This document shows positions 19,694-29,180 of a stretch of DNA of 64,000 nucleotides, piece after piece. Origin of the DNA: an uncultured virus (IMG/VR IMGVR_UViG_3300024509_000012) (Duplodnaviria; Heunggongvirae; Uroviricota; Caudoviricetes); the IMG/VR virus record IMGVR_UViG_3300024509_000012. The stretch is one strand, 5' to 3'. The position numbers and the translations under genes were made by a program. Below the pieces are notes generated by a model that was not told the DNA's origin, searched no databases, and worked only from the letters and a program-made list of their open reading frames with translations. Within the stretch, counting starts at the first letter, position 1. Every line of letters starts with the position of its first letter.

Positions 19694-20629
19694 ATGAACA
19701 CTCAATTTGGTTACTGCTGCATTAATCTGGAACTATCCGACAAAGGTATTACTACCAATCGCACCATGCGAGAAGCTACGTTTAATGAGCGTGGTATTGC
19801 CTATGCATCTGAGCTTGCATACAAGAATACTCTTGATCTTATCCAGATCATGCTTTGGAATCAACGCAACAACATCAAGGTGTTTCGTTTGTCTTCCGAT
19901 CTATTTCCTTGGAACTCCAAGTACAAGCTAGAAGATCTTCCTGATTTTGCTGAAATTTCTTACAATCTTCGTTTTGCTGGTGATATTGCTAAACGTGCTG
20001 GTATTCGTGTAACTGCACATCCAGATCATTTTGTCAAGCTAGGTTCTGACAAGCAGAATGTTGTTGACAATTCCATTCATGATCTTCATCATCACAACGA
20101 AGTTTTTGAGTTGATGGGTTTTCCTGCCAATCATTATCACTGCCTCAACATCCATGTTGGTATGAATTTTTCTCAGAAAGTTATCGACAACTTCATTACT
20201 AATTTTTATCGTCTTAACGAAAAGACCAAGAAGCGTCTTGTTGTTGAGAATGATGACAAAGCTTCTGCATTTTCTGTTAATCAGTTGTTCAAGCATATTT
20301 TTTCTTATATTCATACTCCAATCACATTTGACTATTTCCACCATAGTTTTCATCAAGATAATTTGTCTGAATCTCTTGCATTTCATCTTTCTTATGCTAC
20401 ATGGGGTGAGACTAAGCCACTATTCCATTACAGCGAATCTAAAGCTTTGCATGAAAGTATTTCCTGCAATCCACGGGCGCATTCTGATTATGCAACATCT
20501 ATCATGAACACCTATGAAATGCCTCTTGACATTGATCTTGAACTCAAGTCTAAGGAAAAAGCTTTGTTTGCTTATCAAAAAATGTATGAAGAGAGCTTGA
20601 CAAAGCTTTCTGATTCTGCTACAATGTAA
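19694..20629 (+). CDS. uvsE: UV damage endonuclease UvdE/UvsE
   Basis: GYCCIN, FRLSSDLFP, HPDHF, NIHVG, ENDDK, FDYFHH, HYSES, AHSDY. Confidence 0.93.
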   Translation: MNTQFGYCCINLELSDKGITTNRTMREATFNERGIAYASELAYKNTLDLIQIMLWNQRNNIKVFRLSSDLFPWNSKYKLEDLPDFAEISYNLRFAGDIAKRAGIRVTAHPDHFVKLGSDKQNVVDNSIHDLHHHNEVFELMGFPANHYHCLNIHVGMNFSQKVIDNFITNFYRLNEKTKKRLVVENDDKASAFSVNQLFKHIFSYIHTPITFDYFHHSFHQDNLSESLAFHLSYATWGETKPLFHYSESKALHESISCNPRAHSDYATSIMNTYEMPLDIDLELKSKEKALFAYQKMYEESLTKLSDSATM

Positions 20630-20631
20630 GT

Positions 20632-20838
20632 ATGAAATACAGAATCGCAGACAAAGTAAAAGTAATTCCTAAAGTAGCAAGTACAATGCTGATGAATCCT
20701 CATAGCGTTTACATTGTTGTAAAAACAAAACAAATTCCAGGTACAGAAAAGTCAGAAAATTTTTATTGTCTTCGTGATGATTTTAATCTACAATTTTGTT
20801 GGATACTTGAGGAAGAATTAATTCCAGTGGAGATTTAA
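20632..20838 (+). CDS. hypothetical protein (SH3-like pattern), leaderless
   Basis: MKYRIADKVKV...EEEL; ATG 6 nt after TACAAT. Confidence 0.65.
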   Translation: MKYRIADKVKVIPKVASTMLMNPHSVYIVVKTKQIPGTEKSENFYCLRDDFNLQFCWILEEELIPVEI

Positions 20839-21005
20839 ATGAAACGATCAAAACCTAAAAATATACTTCATTTTACTAAATCAAAATCTGGTACAGATTC
20901 AAGAAAAACTTCACGCACACCTGAAGGAAAATTTATATCTTCTTCTGGAGAAGATTGTATGGTACTATCAAGATCAAATAATTATTACATGAGTAGGATT
21001 AAACA

Positions 21006-21377
21006 ATGAACCACGACACAATTTTAAGTTTTATTGAAGATGTAAAAAATTCATCTTTTGCTCACAAGTTTGACGATTATAATTTTGCACAGAATTTTTA
21101 TGCAGCACTTTGTAATACTGTATGGGATTACAAGAATCAGGATTTCTCAGTTTCCTGGAGAACTGCTGGTAATGTTGTAGCTGAAATTAGAAATAGTCTT
21201 TTTAACTATAAAGAAGATTATATGGACTATTATTGCACTGGTATTCCTTCAACATATGATATTGAAAAAAATGATGATGTATATATTATTGAGGGGTTGG
21301 TAACACCAGAAATTTCAGAGTGCTTTTGTGAACTAAATATGGTCATGGTTTCCTGTCAAGAATTTATTGATGAATAG
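21006..21377 (+). CDS. conserved phage hypothetical protein
   Basis: AQNFYAALCN...SWRTAG..VA.IR...DYMDYYC motif. Confidence 0.7.
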   Translation: MNHDTILSFIEDVKNSSFAHKFDDYNFAQNFYAALCNTVWDYKNQDFSVSWRTAGNVVAEIRNSLFNYKEDYMDYYCTGIPSTYDIEKNDDVYIIEGLVTPEISECFCELNMVMVSCQEFIDE

Positions 21378-21412
21378 TTGACAAACTTATATTTTTGTGA
21401 TATACTGATATT

Positions 21413-21643
21413 ATGTTAACAGTTAAATTTTTCAAAAACACGGAACTTCTCACAGAGAGAAAGTTCACAATTACAAATTTTGACGCTGTTAAGAATTTTA
21501 TCAACAATCACAAGTATGATTATTCAAAAGCAAGTGAATGTGAAGATTTACCATTTAATTATGTTTCTTTTGACTGGTTAGATGATAATAATTATTATTT
21601 TGCTGATTGGGATGTTAATGATGAACAGGTTTTAAAATTATGA
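21413..21643 (+). CDS. hypothetical protein, leaderless
   Basis: ATG 6 nt after TATACT. Confidence 0.65.
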   Translation: MLTVKFFKNTELLTERKFTITNFDAVKNFINNHKYDYSKASECEDLPFNYVSFDWLDDNNYYFADWDVNDEQVLKL

Positions 21644-21867
21644 TGTATTCAAAAACTAAAAAATATTTTTACAAAGATTTTCAAACTAAGCGTAAAAGTT
21701 CTAGTGGTGTTAATCTAAGATACGAAAAAATTGGACAAAATTATTCATATTCCGGTCGATATGGAAAAAGAAAGTCAGAAGTAAATAATTTAACATCAAA
21801 TTCCTATTCAGGTTTTTCATCAATGGCTTGGTCGAAAATCACTAGTGACAAACAAAAATATTTGTGA
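21640..21867 (+). CDS. basic Ser-rich hypothetical protein
   Basis: Overlaps the upstream stop. Confidence 0.5.
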   Translation: MMYSKTKKYFYKDFQTKRKSSSGVNLRYEKIGQNYSYSGRYGKRKSEVNNLTSNSYSGFSSMAWSKITSDKQKYL

Positions 21868-21879
21868 TACAATAAAAGT

Positions 21880-22299
21880 ATGAAGTCGGAACAGAAAATC
21901 ATTAAAGTTTTTTCTCTCTTGAAAGAAGTTGCTATTGCAACGCCCAAGATTGCTGGTGCTAAAATTGCTGCTGCAATTGTCCACAAAAACAAGATTATTT
22001 CTGTTGGTGTAAATTCAAATAAATCATCTCCTTTACAGGCTAAATATGCAACTAATAAAGATTTATCTATTTTCCTTCATGCTGAAATTGCAGCAATTAA
22101 AAATGCGTTACGCTATTTGGATGTAGAAGATTTCAATAAAGTTTCTTTGTTTGTGTGCAGGGCAAAAACTGACGTGAAAACGAACAAAATGATTTATGGA
22201 ATGTCAAAACCTTGTCCTGGCTGCATGAGAGCAATTGTTGAATTTGAAATTAAAAATGTTTTCTACACTCTTGACAATGAAGGTTGGGAAGTGTTATAA
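21880..22299 (+). CDS. cytidine/deoxycytidylate deaminase-fold protein
   Basis: LHAEIAAI...SKPCPGC. Confidence 0.85.
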   Translation: MKSEQKIIKVFSLLKEVAIATPKIAGAKIAAAIVHKNKIISVGVNSNKSSPLQAKYATNKDLSIFLHAEIAAIKNALRYLDVEDFNKVSLFVCRAKTDVKTNKMIYGMSKPCPGCMRAIVEFEIKNVFYTLDNEGWEVL

Positions 22300-22306
22300 T
22301 AATTAT

Positions 22307-22516
22307 ATGACAGAAAAAGAAAAATTCATTATTAATTACGCTACAACATTTCTTGCAGCTAAAGCAGCACAAGAATACACATATTGTTGCATGACAGACA
22401 ACCATGTAAATCTTGTTGAAACTGCTCCAATTGAAGATGCATTTTTCATTGCTAATGAAATTTGGCAAAATGAAACATTTAAAGAAGAATACAAGAAACT
22501 ACTTAATGGACTATAA
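22307..22516 (+). CDS. hypothetical protein, leaderless
   Basis: ATG (MTEKEK) 6 nt after TATAAT at 22295-22300. Confidence 0.65.
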   Translation: MTEKEKFIINYATTFLAAKAAQEYTYCCMTDNHVNLVETAPIEDAFFIANEIWQNETFKEEYKKLLNGL

Positions 22517-22657
22517 GATGAAAATCTCAACACTGAAAAGAAATCCAACATCACAATCTGGAAAAAATTCTTGGACAACATCAACATTACATTCATGGAC
22601 AAATTCCAAGTGTGGTGCAGTTTTTTCATCTTTCACTGCACATTACACTTTTAGATC

Positions 22658-23020
22658 ATGGACGTAATCAATAATTTAAAAACTATGTTCACACCACAAA
22701 ATATCATTGATTCCGGCTACAAGCATTTCCCTTTCAAGGACAAGCAAATGTTCAAATATGCTGATTTGTTTTTCCAAAAGAAAGTAAAGGAAAATGATAA
22801 AACAAAGTATTTCATCAACATTTACTACTACATATTTACAGATCTATATAACAAGGTAGGTCCCGCCACCACATTTGAAGTAGCTTTCTATCTACAAAAC
22901 AATACATGTGTAAATGTGTCATTTTCCGGTGAAACATTTTCTTCAATTGTAGAGATAGAAGAATTTTTTGAGAATTTCTATAAAAACAACAATTTTGTTC
23001 CGGACATTCACAATGAATAA
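22658..23020 (+). CDS. hypothetical protein
   Basis: Co-oriented ORF. Confidence 0.55.
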   Translation: MDVINNLKTMFTPQNIIDSGYKHFPFKDKQMFKYADLFFQKKVKENDKTKYFINIYYYIFTDLYNKVGPATTFEVAFYLQNNTCVNVSFSGETFSSIVEIEEFFENFYKNNNFVPDIHNE

Positions 23021-23096
23021 TGCAATGTTAATTATTATCATTTTAATTATTTTGTACTTTATCTATCAGTCCGAAGATTAAAATTAAAGGGGTATT

Positions 23097-23357
23097 ATGG
23101 TATTATGTAAAAATTGCAAACATTTTGATTCACAATTCGTTGAATGTAATCATCCACAATTCTACAAAATTGAATATTCACCAGTAAATGGTGCAAGAAA
23201 ATCTCTTAATATGGAAGTTTACACTAAACTTTCAAAAGAAAATCCAGACAATCCATGTTCTTCAATTTGTTATTTACAAAACAAAGATTGTAATTGTTCG
23301 CTTTATGAACCAAATTTATTAACAAAAATTCTCAACAAAATTTCAAAATTATTCTAA
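23097..23357 (+). CDS. Cys-rich hypothetical protein
   Basis: CKNCKH...C.HP...C...C pattern; SD aagggg. Confidence 0.65.
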   Translation: MVLCKNCKHFDSQFVECNHPQFYKIEYSPVNGARKSLNMEVYTKLSKENPDNPCSSICYLQNKDCNCSLYEPNLLTKILNKISKLF

Positions 23358-23358
23358 T

Positions 23359-24222
23359 ATGTCCTGTTATCACTACATTTACAAACTAGAACTACTTGAT
23401 GAAAACAATGTAGAAATTCATAATTATTTCGGCAAGAGATCCTGCTCAGTTAACCCTGAGCAGGATTGTCGTTATATGGGATCACCAAAAACAGCAAAAG
23501 AAATTATAAAAAACTGGCCCAAAGAACGTAAGAAAAAAATAATTCTCGAACATCACAAAAATAGAATTAGTTTGGGTATTGCAGAAGAAAAAATTATCAG
23601 AGAAAATATCCACGACAAACCAAAAAACTTAAACTATGCAATAAGTGGAAAAAATTATTATTTAACACCAGAACAATTAAGTGAAATTGGTAAAAAAGCA
23701 TATGCAACAGCATTAGCTAAATTAACTCCAGAACAAAGAAGTGAAAATGGTAAAAAGGGATATGAATCATCATTAGCTAAATTAACACCAGAACAATTAA
23801 GTGAAATTGGTAAAAAAGGGGGTAAAAAGGGATATGAATCATCATTAGCTAAATTAACACCAGAACAAAAAAGTAAAATTGGTAAAAAAGGAGCAACAAA
23901 ATGGTTGGAGAGTAGCACACCAGAAGAAAGAAGTGAAATTGCTAAAAAAAGAGCAACAAAATGGTTGGAGAGTAGCACACCAGAAGAAAGAAGTGAAATT
24001 GCTAAAAAAGGACATATAACAAGAAAATTAAAAAGGATGTCAGCAAACTATACATTAGAGACACCACAAACAAAAATTTGCTCAATGTGTAAAAAAGAAA
24101 AATTATTTTCCCAATATAATAAAAAGAAAGATGGAAAATATAATCTAAGTGCAGAATGTAAAGAATGTCACAATATAAAAAATAAAATTTATTACTACAA
24201 TAAAAAAGAAAAGTTATGGTAA
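23359..24222 (+). CDS. GIY-YIG/Seg-like homing endonuclease with internal helical repeats and C-terminal Zn finger
   Basis: YIY...YFGKRS...YMGS...E...N N-terminus; six TPE[QE]xS[EK]xxKK repeats; CSMC...CKEC. Confidence 0.7.
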   Translation: MSCYHYIYKLELLDENNVEIHNYFGKRSCSVNPEQDCRYMGSPKTAKEIIKNWPKERKKKIILEHHKNRISLGIAEEKIIRENIHDKPKNLNYAISGKNYYLTPEQLSEIGKKAYATALAKLTPEQRSENGKKGYESSLAKLTPEQLSEIGKKGGKKGYESSLAKLTPEQKSKIGKKGATKWLESSTPEERSEIAKKRATKWLESSTPEERSEIAKKGHITRKLKRMSANYTLETPQTKICSMCKKEKLFSQYNKKKDGKYNLSAECKECHNIKNKIYYYNKKEKLW

Positions 24223-24591
24223 GATAGAATGACAGGGTATTTCGACAGGATAAAAAAGTAGAATAAATAGTGACCCATCTCTAATAGTCGATAGAAATGG
24301 TGGGGTGTTGTTTTGTTTGGGTATCTATTTATGTGGAAAAAAAGACACAATGTGTCAAAAATGACACATTTGTGAAAATAGTTGGGAAGTTGTGAAAATG
24401 GTTGAAAAGTTGTGGGTACTTTAACTGCTGCGCCATTTTTTCTGAAAATTTTTTCATATTAAAATTTTTTTTCCAACTTTTTTTCGCCAACACTTGACAT
24501 GAACACATGACTTTGCTATACTAAAAGAGTAGACGATGTGTTCCGAACACACAGAAGCTACAAAAAATCAAAAACTGAGGATAATTACATA

Positions 24592-24792
24592 ATGAACGTT
24601 AAGTTTTGCTCTTTCGACAATGAGATTCAGACCGAAAATCCGCTGGTTATTGCTGATTCCTACAATGAATGTGTTCGAGAAACGCTAAAGATTGGTGAAT
24701 TCACCGATGAAACTCTGGAAGACATGGTAACTACTCCGAATATTGAGGAAGTTATGGGTTTTTCTGTTAAGCAGATGCTGGTCCAGGGCTAG
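24592..24792 (+). CDS. acidic hypothetical protein
   Basis: ATG after GAGG SD; promoter at 24494-24522. Confidence 0.65.
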   Translation: MNVKFCSFDNEIQTENPLVIADSYNECVRETLKIGEFTDETLEDMVTTPNIEEVMGFSVKQMLVQG

Positions 24793-24810
24793 TTTTTTTC
24801 TGAACACATG

Positions 24811-24900
24811 AGAATTCTACTTGTTCCAGCCGTTTTAATCATTTTTTTGCTAATTTTAACAGATTGGTGGAATTTTGACGGCTGGAACAAGTAGAATTCT
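24811..24900. repeat. perfect 23-bp inverted repeat
   Basis: agaattctacttgttccagccgt (24811-24833) / acggctggaacaagtagaattct (24878-24900). Confidence 0.9.
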
Positions 24901-24916
24901 GGGGGATTTTGAACAC

Positions 24917-25081
24917 ATGGATGAAGAAATTGAAAAATTTGAAAAAATTATCGACGATTTAATGGATATCATCCAAAAACGGGATGAAAAAATTGCAAAA
25001 TTAAGAGAAATTAATTCTGAATTGCAAGATATGGTCGATGAATTGAAAATGCAGATTGAAGAACTTCAAAATTCAGATTAA
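24917..25081 (+). CDS. small coiled-coil protein
   Basis: MDEEIEKF... heptad pattern. Confidence 0.6.
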   Translation: MDEEIEKFEKIIDDLMDIIQKRDEKIAKLREINSELQDMVDELKMQIEELQNSD

Positions 25082-25245
25082 TAAAAATTAATTTTGACAA
25101 AATCCTGGATATGGTATACTGAACACATGACACTATCAGTTAAAAAAGAAAATTCTTTACTAAAGAAACAAATTTTAAGATTAAACTGGAATTATTTTGT
25201 TAAAAAATAGTTGACAACCTATTCTTGGACTGATATAATCAAAAC

Positions 25246-25434
25246 ATGTACATCACATTGAAAGTTCAATTTCCTAATGAAGTGATTAAATTTAAATATT
25301 CCAATTTTCATAATGAAGGAGATGTAGAAAATTTCATTTTCTTTCTTAAATGTTTATGGTTAAGATCAGAACATGATTGGGAAAAACTTTTTTTCTATAA
25401 AGGAAGAAAACTGGTTGAAACAATGATCCGGTAG
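25246..25434 (+). CDS. hypothetical protein, leaderless
   Basis: TTGACA-17-TATAAT-6-ATG. Confidence 0.6.
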   Translation: MYITLKVQFPNEVIKFKYSNFHNEGDVENFIFFLKCLWLRSEHDWEKLFFYKGRKLVETMIR

Positions 25435-25450
25435 TGATATACTGTAATCA

Positions 25451-25675
25451 ATGATTACCATTACACAACACACAAACACCGGAATTAAAGTTCATGTGAA
25501 TGCTTGGAAAGCAAACAACATTAATTTTTCAATTTTTATTGAAGATGAAGAATATGATTCCGGTACTACAATTGATAATGATATTGTCGGTGAAGCCAAA
25601 TATTGGGCAAGAGTGACTGTTGCTGATATTGAAAATGGAAGATTAAAGAAAGTTAATGGTCGCTGGTTCATTTAG
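25451..25675 (+). CDS. hypothetical protein, leaderless
   Basis: Promoter ending TATACT just before ATG. Confidence 0.6.
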   Translation: MITITQHTNTGIKVHVNAWKANNINFSIFIEDEEYDSGTTIDNDIVGEAKYWARVTVADIENGRLKKVNGRWFI

Positions 25676-25716
25676 TTGTTGACAGTCTGATATTCAGTTT
25701 GCTATACTGGTTTCAT

Positions 25717-26382
25717 ATGACGATCTGGAACATCGACGCAAACGCAAAAACGGTCAAGGGTCAGAAGCTTGGATATCAGACCGGAATCATTTATCTGGCT
25801 CCTGGTGATTTGTCTGGTCATCAGGTCTGTGCTGGTGCTTCTAAAGAATGTTTGGCATTCTGCCTGAACACTTCTGGCATGGGTGCATTCTCTAATGTCC
25901 AGAATGGACGCATCAACAAGACCAAGAAGTTGTTTGAAAATCGTGAAAAATTTATTGCCCAGGCTTTGAAAGAACTTGACAAAGCTTGTGCTGCTGCGGT
26001 AAAATCTAATCTGGTTCCTGTTTTTCGTCCGAATGGAACTTCTGATCTGCCTTGGTTGGCTAAGGCATTGCACACTGCACGTCCTAATGTCCAGTTCTAT
26101 GATTACACTAAACTGGATCGCCCTTGGGAGCGTGTTTCTGAAAATTACCACTTGACTTATTCTTTCAGTGGTGATAATATGGAGAAGTGCTTGGAAGCGT
26201 TGAAGCATGGTGTTAATGTCGCTGTTGTTTTCGACAAGTTGCCCAAAACTCATTGGGGCTATCCTGTGGTAAATGGCGACGAAACTGATCTTCGCTTCTT
26301 GGATGCCAAAGGCGTGATTGTTGGATTGAAAGCCAAAGGCAAAGCACGAAACAAAAAATCTGAATTTATTCAGATTGGCTAG
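25717..26382 (+). CDS. phage gp88-like protein (Cys-motif, radical-SAM-like fold by inference)
   Basis: C...S..C...CL..SG.G, RPNGTSD, QFYDYTK, YHLTYS, GDETDLRFLD, GLKAKG. Confidence 0.75.
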   Translation: MTIWNIDANAKTVKGQKLGYQTGIIYLAPGDLSGHQVCAGASKECLAFCLNTSGMGAFSNVQNGRINKTKKLFENREKFIAQALKELDKACAAAVKSNLVPVFRPNGTSDLPWLAKALHTARPNVQFYDYTKLDRPWERVSENYHLTYSFSGDNMEKCLEALKHGVNVAVVFDKLPKTHWGYPVVNGDETDLRFLDAKGVIVGLKAKGKARNKKSEFIQIG

Positions 26383-26417
26383 TTGACAACCTGACCAAAC
26401 TGTGAGATACTAACAAT

Positions 26418-27419
26418 ATGAACATCACGAACTTCGTTGACCAGATGACTGAAAAGCACGGCGGCACCATTCTTCGTGCTAAGACTATTAAGCAGGAAGC
26501 TGAAATTTTCAATGTTCGCATTCCTGTTAAGTTTTGGACTCTTGGTAAGATTTCTCGTGGCATCTTCGATCTGAACGTGCTGCGAAATGTTAATGGTGTT
26601 GCTGAAGCTCCTGGTGAAGTTGTTCCTCTTGTTGTGGAAACTGACGAGGAAATTCTGGAGCGTCAGCGTGATGGTTTCTCTTCGATGGATCGCATGGTGG
26701 AAGCTGTTATTGAAGGCAAGGTCACGTCGATGATTGTTTCCGGCAATCCTGGCATCGGCAAGACCTACAACATCGAAATGATGTTGGAGAATGCTTTCCT
26801 TGATGAGAAGATTAACTACACTCCTGTTAAGGGCTTTGTTCGTCCTACTGGCATTTTCCGGATGTTGTGGGAAAATCGTCATGAAAACAGTGTTTTGCTG
26901 ATTGATGACGCTGATTCTGTTTTCGATGATGAAGTTGGTCTGAACATCTGGAAAGCTGCTTTGGATAGCACCAAACGCCGCATGATTTCCTGGAAAACGG
27001 AAAAGAAGTGGGAAGATGATGCTGGCGATGAAATTCCTTCCACGTTTGAATTTCGTGGTTCTGTGATTTTCGTCACCAATCGGGATTTTGATGCCATGAT
27101 CCAGCAGGGCAACAAAATGTCACCTCACTATCAGGCACTGATTTCCCGTTCGTTCTACTTGGATTTGAATTTGCGAAATACCCGTGAGTTCCTGATCCGA
27201 ATCAAGGACGTGGTTCAGAACACCGATATGCTTCACACTCTGGGACTGGAAGAAAACCAGCAGCAGACGTTGATGCAGTTTGTGGAGGACAACCACAAGA
27301 AGCTGCGGGAATTGTCGCTTCGCATGGTGTTGAAGTTGGCGAAAATTCTGAAGTTTGCGAAGTCTGATGAAGATTTCGTGAAAGTTGCGAAATCCACTTG
27401 TTTCAAGGTGGCCCGTTAA
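26418..27419 (+). CDS. AAA+ ATPase
   Basis: GNPGIGKT Walker A, LLIDDAD Walker B, IFVTN, ALISR. Confidence 0.85.
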   Translation: MNITNFVDQMTEKHGGTILRAKTIKQEAEIFNVRIPVKFWTLGKISRGIFDLNVLRNVNGVAEAPGEVVPLVVETDEEILERQRDGFSSMDRMVEAVIEGKVTSMIVSGNPGIGKTYNIEMMLENAFLDEKINYTPVKGFVRPTGIFRMLWENRHENSVLLIDDADSVFDDEVGLNIWKAALDSTKRRMISWKTEKKWEDDAGDEIPSTFEFRGSVIFVTNRDFDAMIQQGNKMSPHYQALISRSFYLDLNLRNTREFLIRIKDVVQNTDMLHTLGLEENQQQTLMQFVEDNHKKLRELSLRMVLKLAKILKFAKSDEDFVKVAKSTCFKVAR

Positions 27420-27444
27420 GGGCCACCTGTGGTATAATATAATC

Positions 27445-27630
27445 ATGAAGAAATCAATCTACAAAAGAAATATTTGGTCTGCGTCTAGGTCTATGTCTTG
27501 GTCTATGTCTGGGTCTTGGTCTGGGTCTGGATCTAGGTCTAGGTCTTGGTATGGGTTTGGGTCTAGGTCTTGGTCTGGGTCTAGGTCTGAGTCTAGGTCT
27601 GGGTCTAGGTCTTATTCTGAAACTGGTTAA
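27445..27630 (+). CDS. (Ser-X)n repeat microprotein, copy 1
   Basis: MKKSIYKRNIW + (SX)n + YSETG; ATG 6 nt after TATAAT. Confidence 0.7.
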   Translation: MKKSIYKRNIWSASRSMSWSMSGSWSGSGSRSRSWYGFGSRSWSGSRSESRSGSRSYSETG

Positions 27631-27636
27631 TAAACT

Positions 27637-27828
27637 ATGATCAAGAAATCAATCTACAAAAGAAATATTTGGTCTGGGACTGGGTCTTGGTCTTGGTCTT
27701 GGTCTTGGTCTGGGTCTAGGTCTAGGTCTATGTCTGGGTCTGAGTCTGGGTCTTGGTCTGGGTCTTGGTCTAGGTCTGGGTCTATGTCTGGGTCTAGGTC
27801 TTGGTCTTGGTCTGGGTCTGGGTCTTGA
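27637..27828 (+). CDS. (Ser-X)n repeat microprotein, copy 2
   Basis: MIKKSIYKRNIW + (SX)n. Confidence 0.7.
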   Translation: MIKKSIYKRNIWSGTGSWSWSWSWSGSRSRSMSGSESGSWSGSWSRSGSMSGSRSWSWSGSGS

Positions 27829-27859
27829 CGAACACATCAGCCTGTGGTATGATATAATC

Positions 27860-28027
27860 ATGAAGAAATCAAGAACACAAAAATTTAAGTCTTGGTCTGA
27901 GTCTATGTCTATGTCTATGTCTGGGTCTTGGTCTGGATCTTGGTCTGAGTCTGAGTCTATGTCTAGGTCTGGATCTTGGTCTGAGTCTGAGTCTATGTCT
28001 AGGTCTTGGTCTGGGTCTAGGTCTTGA
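27860..28027 (+). CDS. (Ser-X)n repeat microprotein, copy 3 (55 aa, not in ORF track)
   Basis: MKKSRTQKFK + (SX)n; TTGACG-17-TATGAT-6-ATG. Confidence 0.7.
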   Translation: MKKSRTQKFKSWSESMSMSMSGSWSGSWSESESMSRSGSWSESESMSRSWSGSRS

Positions 28028-28058
28028 CAAACACACAGAAAGGTGCTAATATAGTTTC

Positions 28059-28268
28059 ATGATGAAATCACGCATTTCAAGAGTGTGGACTGCATCCAGG
28101 TCTGGGGAAAAATCAATCCCTTGTTCCGGTATTAGAACTGGTTCTTGTTATCGACAAATCACTTTCACCGGAAAGTGGGCAAGAGTCCGTTCTTATATGA
28201 AATTGTGGTATGGATTGAAAACTTCAAAAATTGAGTTGACAACTAACCTGAAAGGTGCTAAGATATAA
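28059..28268 (+). CDS. basic hypothetical protein, leaderless
   Basis: Own promoter starting 28024. Confidence 0.5.
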   Translation: MMKSRISRVWTASRSGEKSIPCSGIRTGSCYRQITFTGKWARVRSYMKLWYGLKTSKIELTTNLKGAKI

Positions 28269-28270
28269 TC

Positions 28271-28480
28271 ATGAGTAACGAACAACTGCACGACCTCATT
28301 AACGAATATGTAGAATTGATTGTTGATACAATGGACATGGAGGATCTCATCAATCATGCCTATGAATCCATTCATGCACGTTTGGAGCAGATGGGGACTG
28401 AAGATATTCTGGCAGAAATCACAGAAGTTGCCCCTGAACTCTTGACAGACGACATGGAATCTGGTACACTGGAACAGTAG
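28271..28480 (+). CDS. acidic hypothetical protein
   Basis: Own promoter; D/E-rich helical pattern. Confidence 0.65.
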   Translation: MSNEQLHDLINEYVELIVDTMDMEDLINHAYESIHARLEQMGTEDILAEITEVAPELLTDDMESGTLEQ

Positions 28481-28488
28481 AGGAAAAC

Positions 28489-28707
28489 ATGATTAACGAT
28501 CTGACTGTAAAAGAATTGGATTTGCTGACTCAGGTTTATGCAACCAAGTTGGTTGAATCTATGAGTGAATGGGAACTGGCAGAAATTGTTGAAGGTTCCT
28601 TCGTTGATGAATTTCGGAAAATGCCGCTGGATGAATACAAGGAACATTTTGATATTCCTGCATTCAAAACTGCTGTTGATATCGACAAGGGCTTGCGTAA
28701 GAAGTAA
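28489..28707 (+). CDS. hypothetical protein
   Basis: GAGG SD; co-oriented. Confidence 0.6.
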   Translation: MINDLTVKELDLLTQVYATKLVESMSEWELAEIVEGSFVDEFRKMPLDEYKEHFDIPAFKTAVDIDKGLRKK

Positions 28708-28769
28708 TTCTGTGGTATACTAGGGTTGTGAGTGAGAGAAACTCACAACCCACAAAAAAGGATATAAAT

Positions 28770-28967
28770 ATGGTAAAGCTTGAAAGTTCCGCTGTTTCTG
28801 GTGTTGGTTATGACCACATCAATCAGATTCTCACTGTGAAGTTTACTTCCGGTAAGAAGTATGACTACAAGGACGTTCCTGTTCAGGTCTATGAGGATCT
28901 GGTGAACGCACCTTCTTCTGGAAAGTTTCTGAACAAGGAAGTCAAGGGCAAGTATCAGACTGCCTAA
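28770..28967 (+). CDS. KTSC-domain protein
   Basis: SSAVSGVGYD....L.V.F.SG..Y.Y..VP..VY..L..A.S.GKF. Confidence 0.9.
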   Translation: MVKLESSAVSGVGYDHINQILTVKFTSGKKYDYKDVPVQVYEDLVNAPSSGKFLNKEVKGKYQTA

Positions 28968-28975
28968 AAGTTTTT

Positions 28976-29050
28976 GGCCCTGTCGTTCAATGGATAGGAC
29001 ATAGGTCTTCTAAACCTAGAATCGGGGTTCGAATCCCTGCGGGGCTACCA
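28976..29050 (+). tRNA. tRNA-Arg (UCU)
   Basis: Cloverleaf; anticodon arm TAGGT-CT TCT AA-ACCTA; GTTCGAATC T-loop; encoded CCA. Confidence 0.93.
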
Positions 29051-29060
29051 AATTTAATGT

Positions 29061-29136
29061 GCGCTCATAGCTCAGTTGGTAGAGCATCTGACTTTTAATC
29101 AGAGGGTCGCAGGTTCGAACCCTGCTGGGCGCACCA
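29061..29136 (+). tRNA. tRNA-Lys (UUU)
   Basis: Cloverleaf; TCTGA-CT TTT AA-TCAGA; GTTCGAACC; encoded CCA. Confidence 0.95.
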
Positions 29137-29180
29137 AAATTCTTCTTGACAAACATCCTGAATGGTGATAAGATTTAATC

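Noticed and set aside
27649..27861. Minus-strand (Arg-Pro)n ORF, and the Asp-Pro/Gln ORF at 29758-30138
   Set aside because: Antisense shadows of the hexamer repeat; promoters and the conserved leader are on the + strand
28763..28770. TATAAATA late promoter before KTSC
   Set aside because: It overlaps the SD-ATG spacer; the upstream sigma70-type promoter (28693-28721) explains expression
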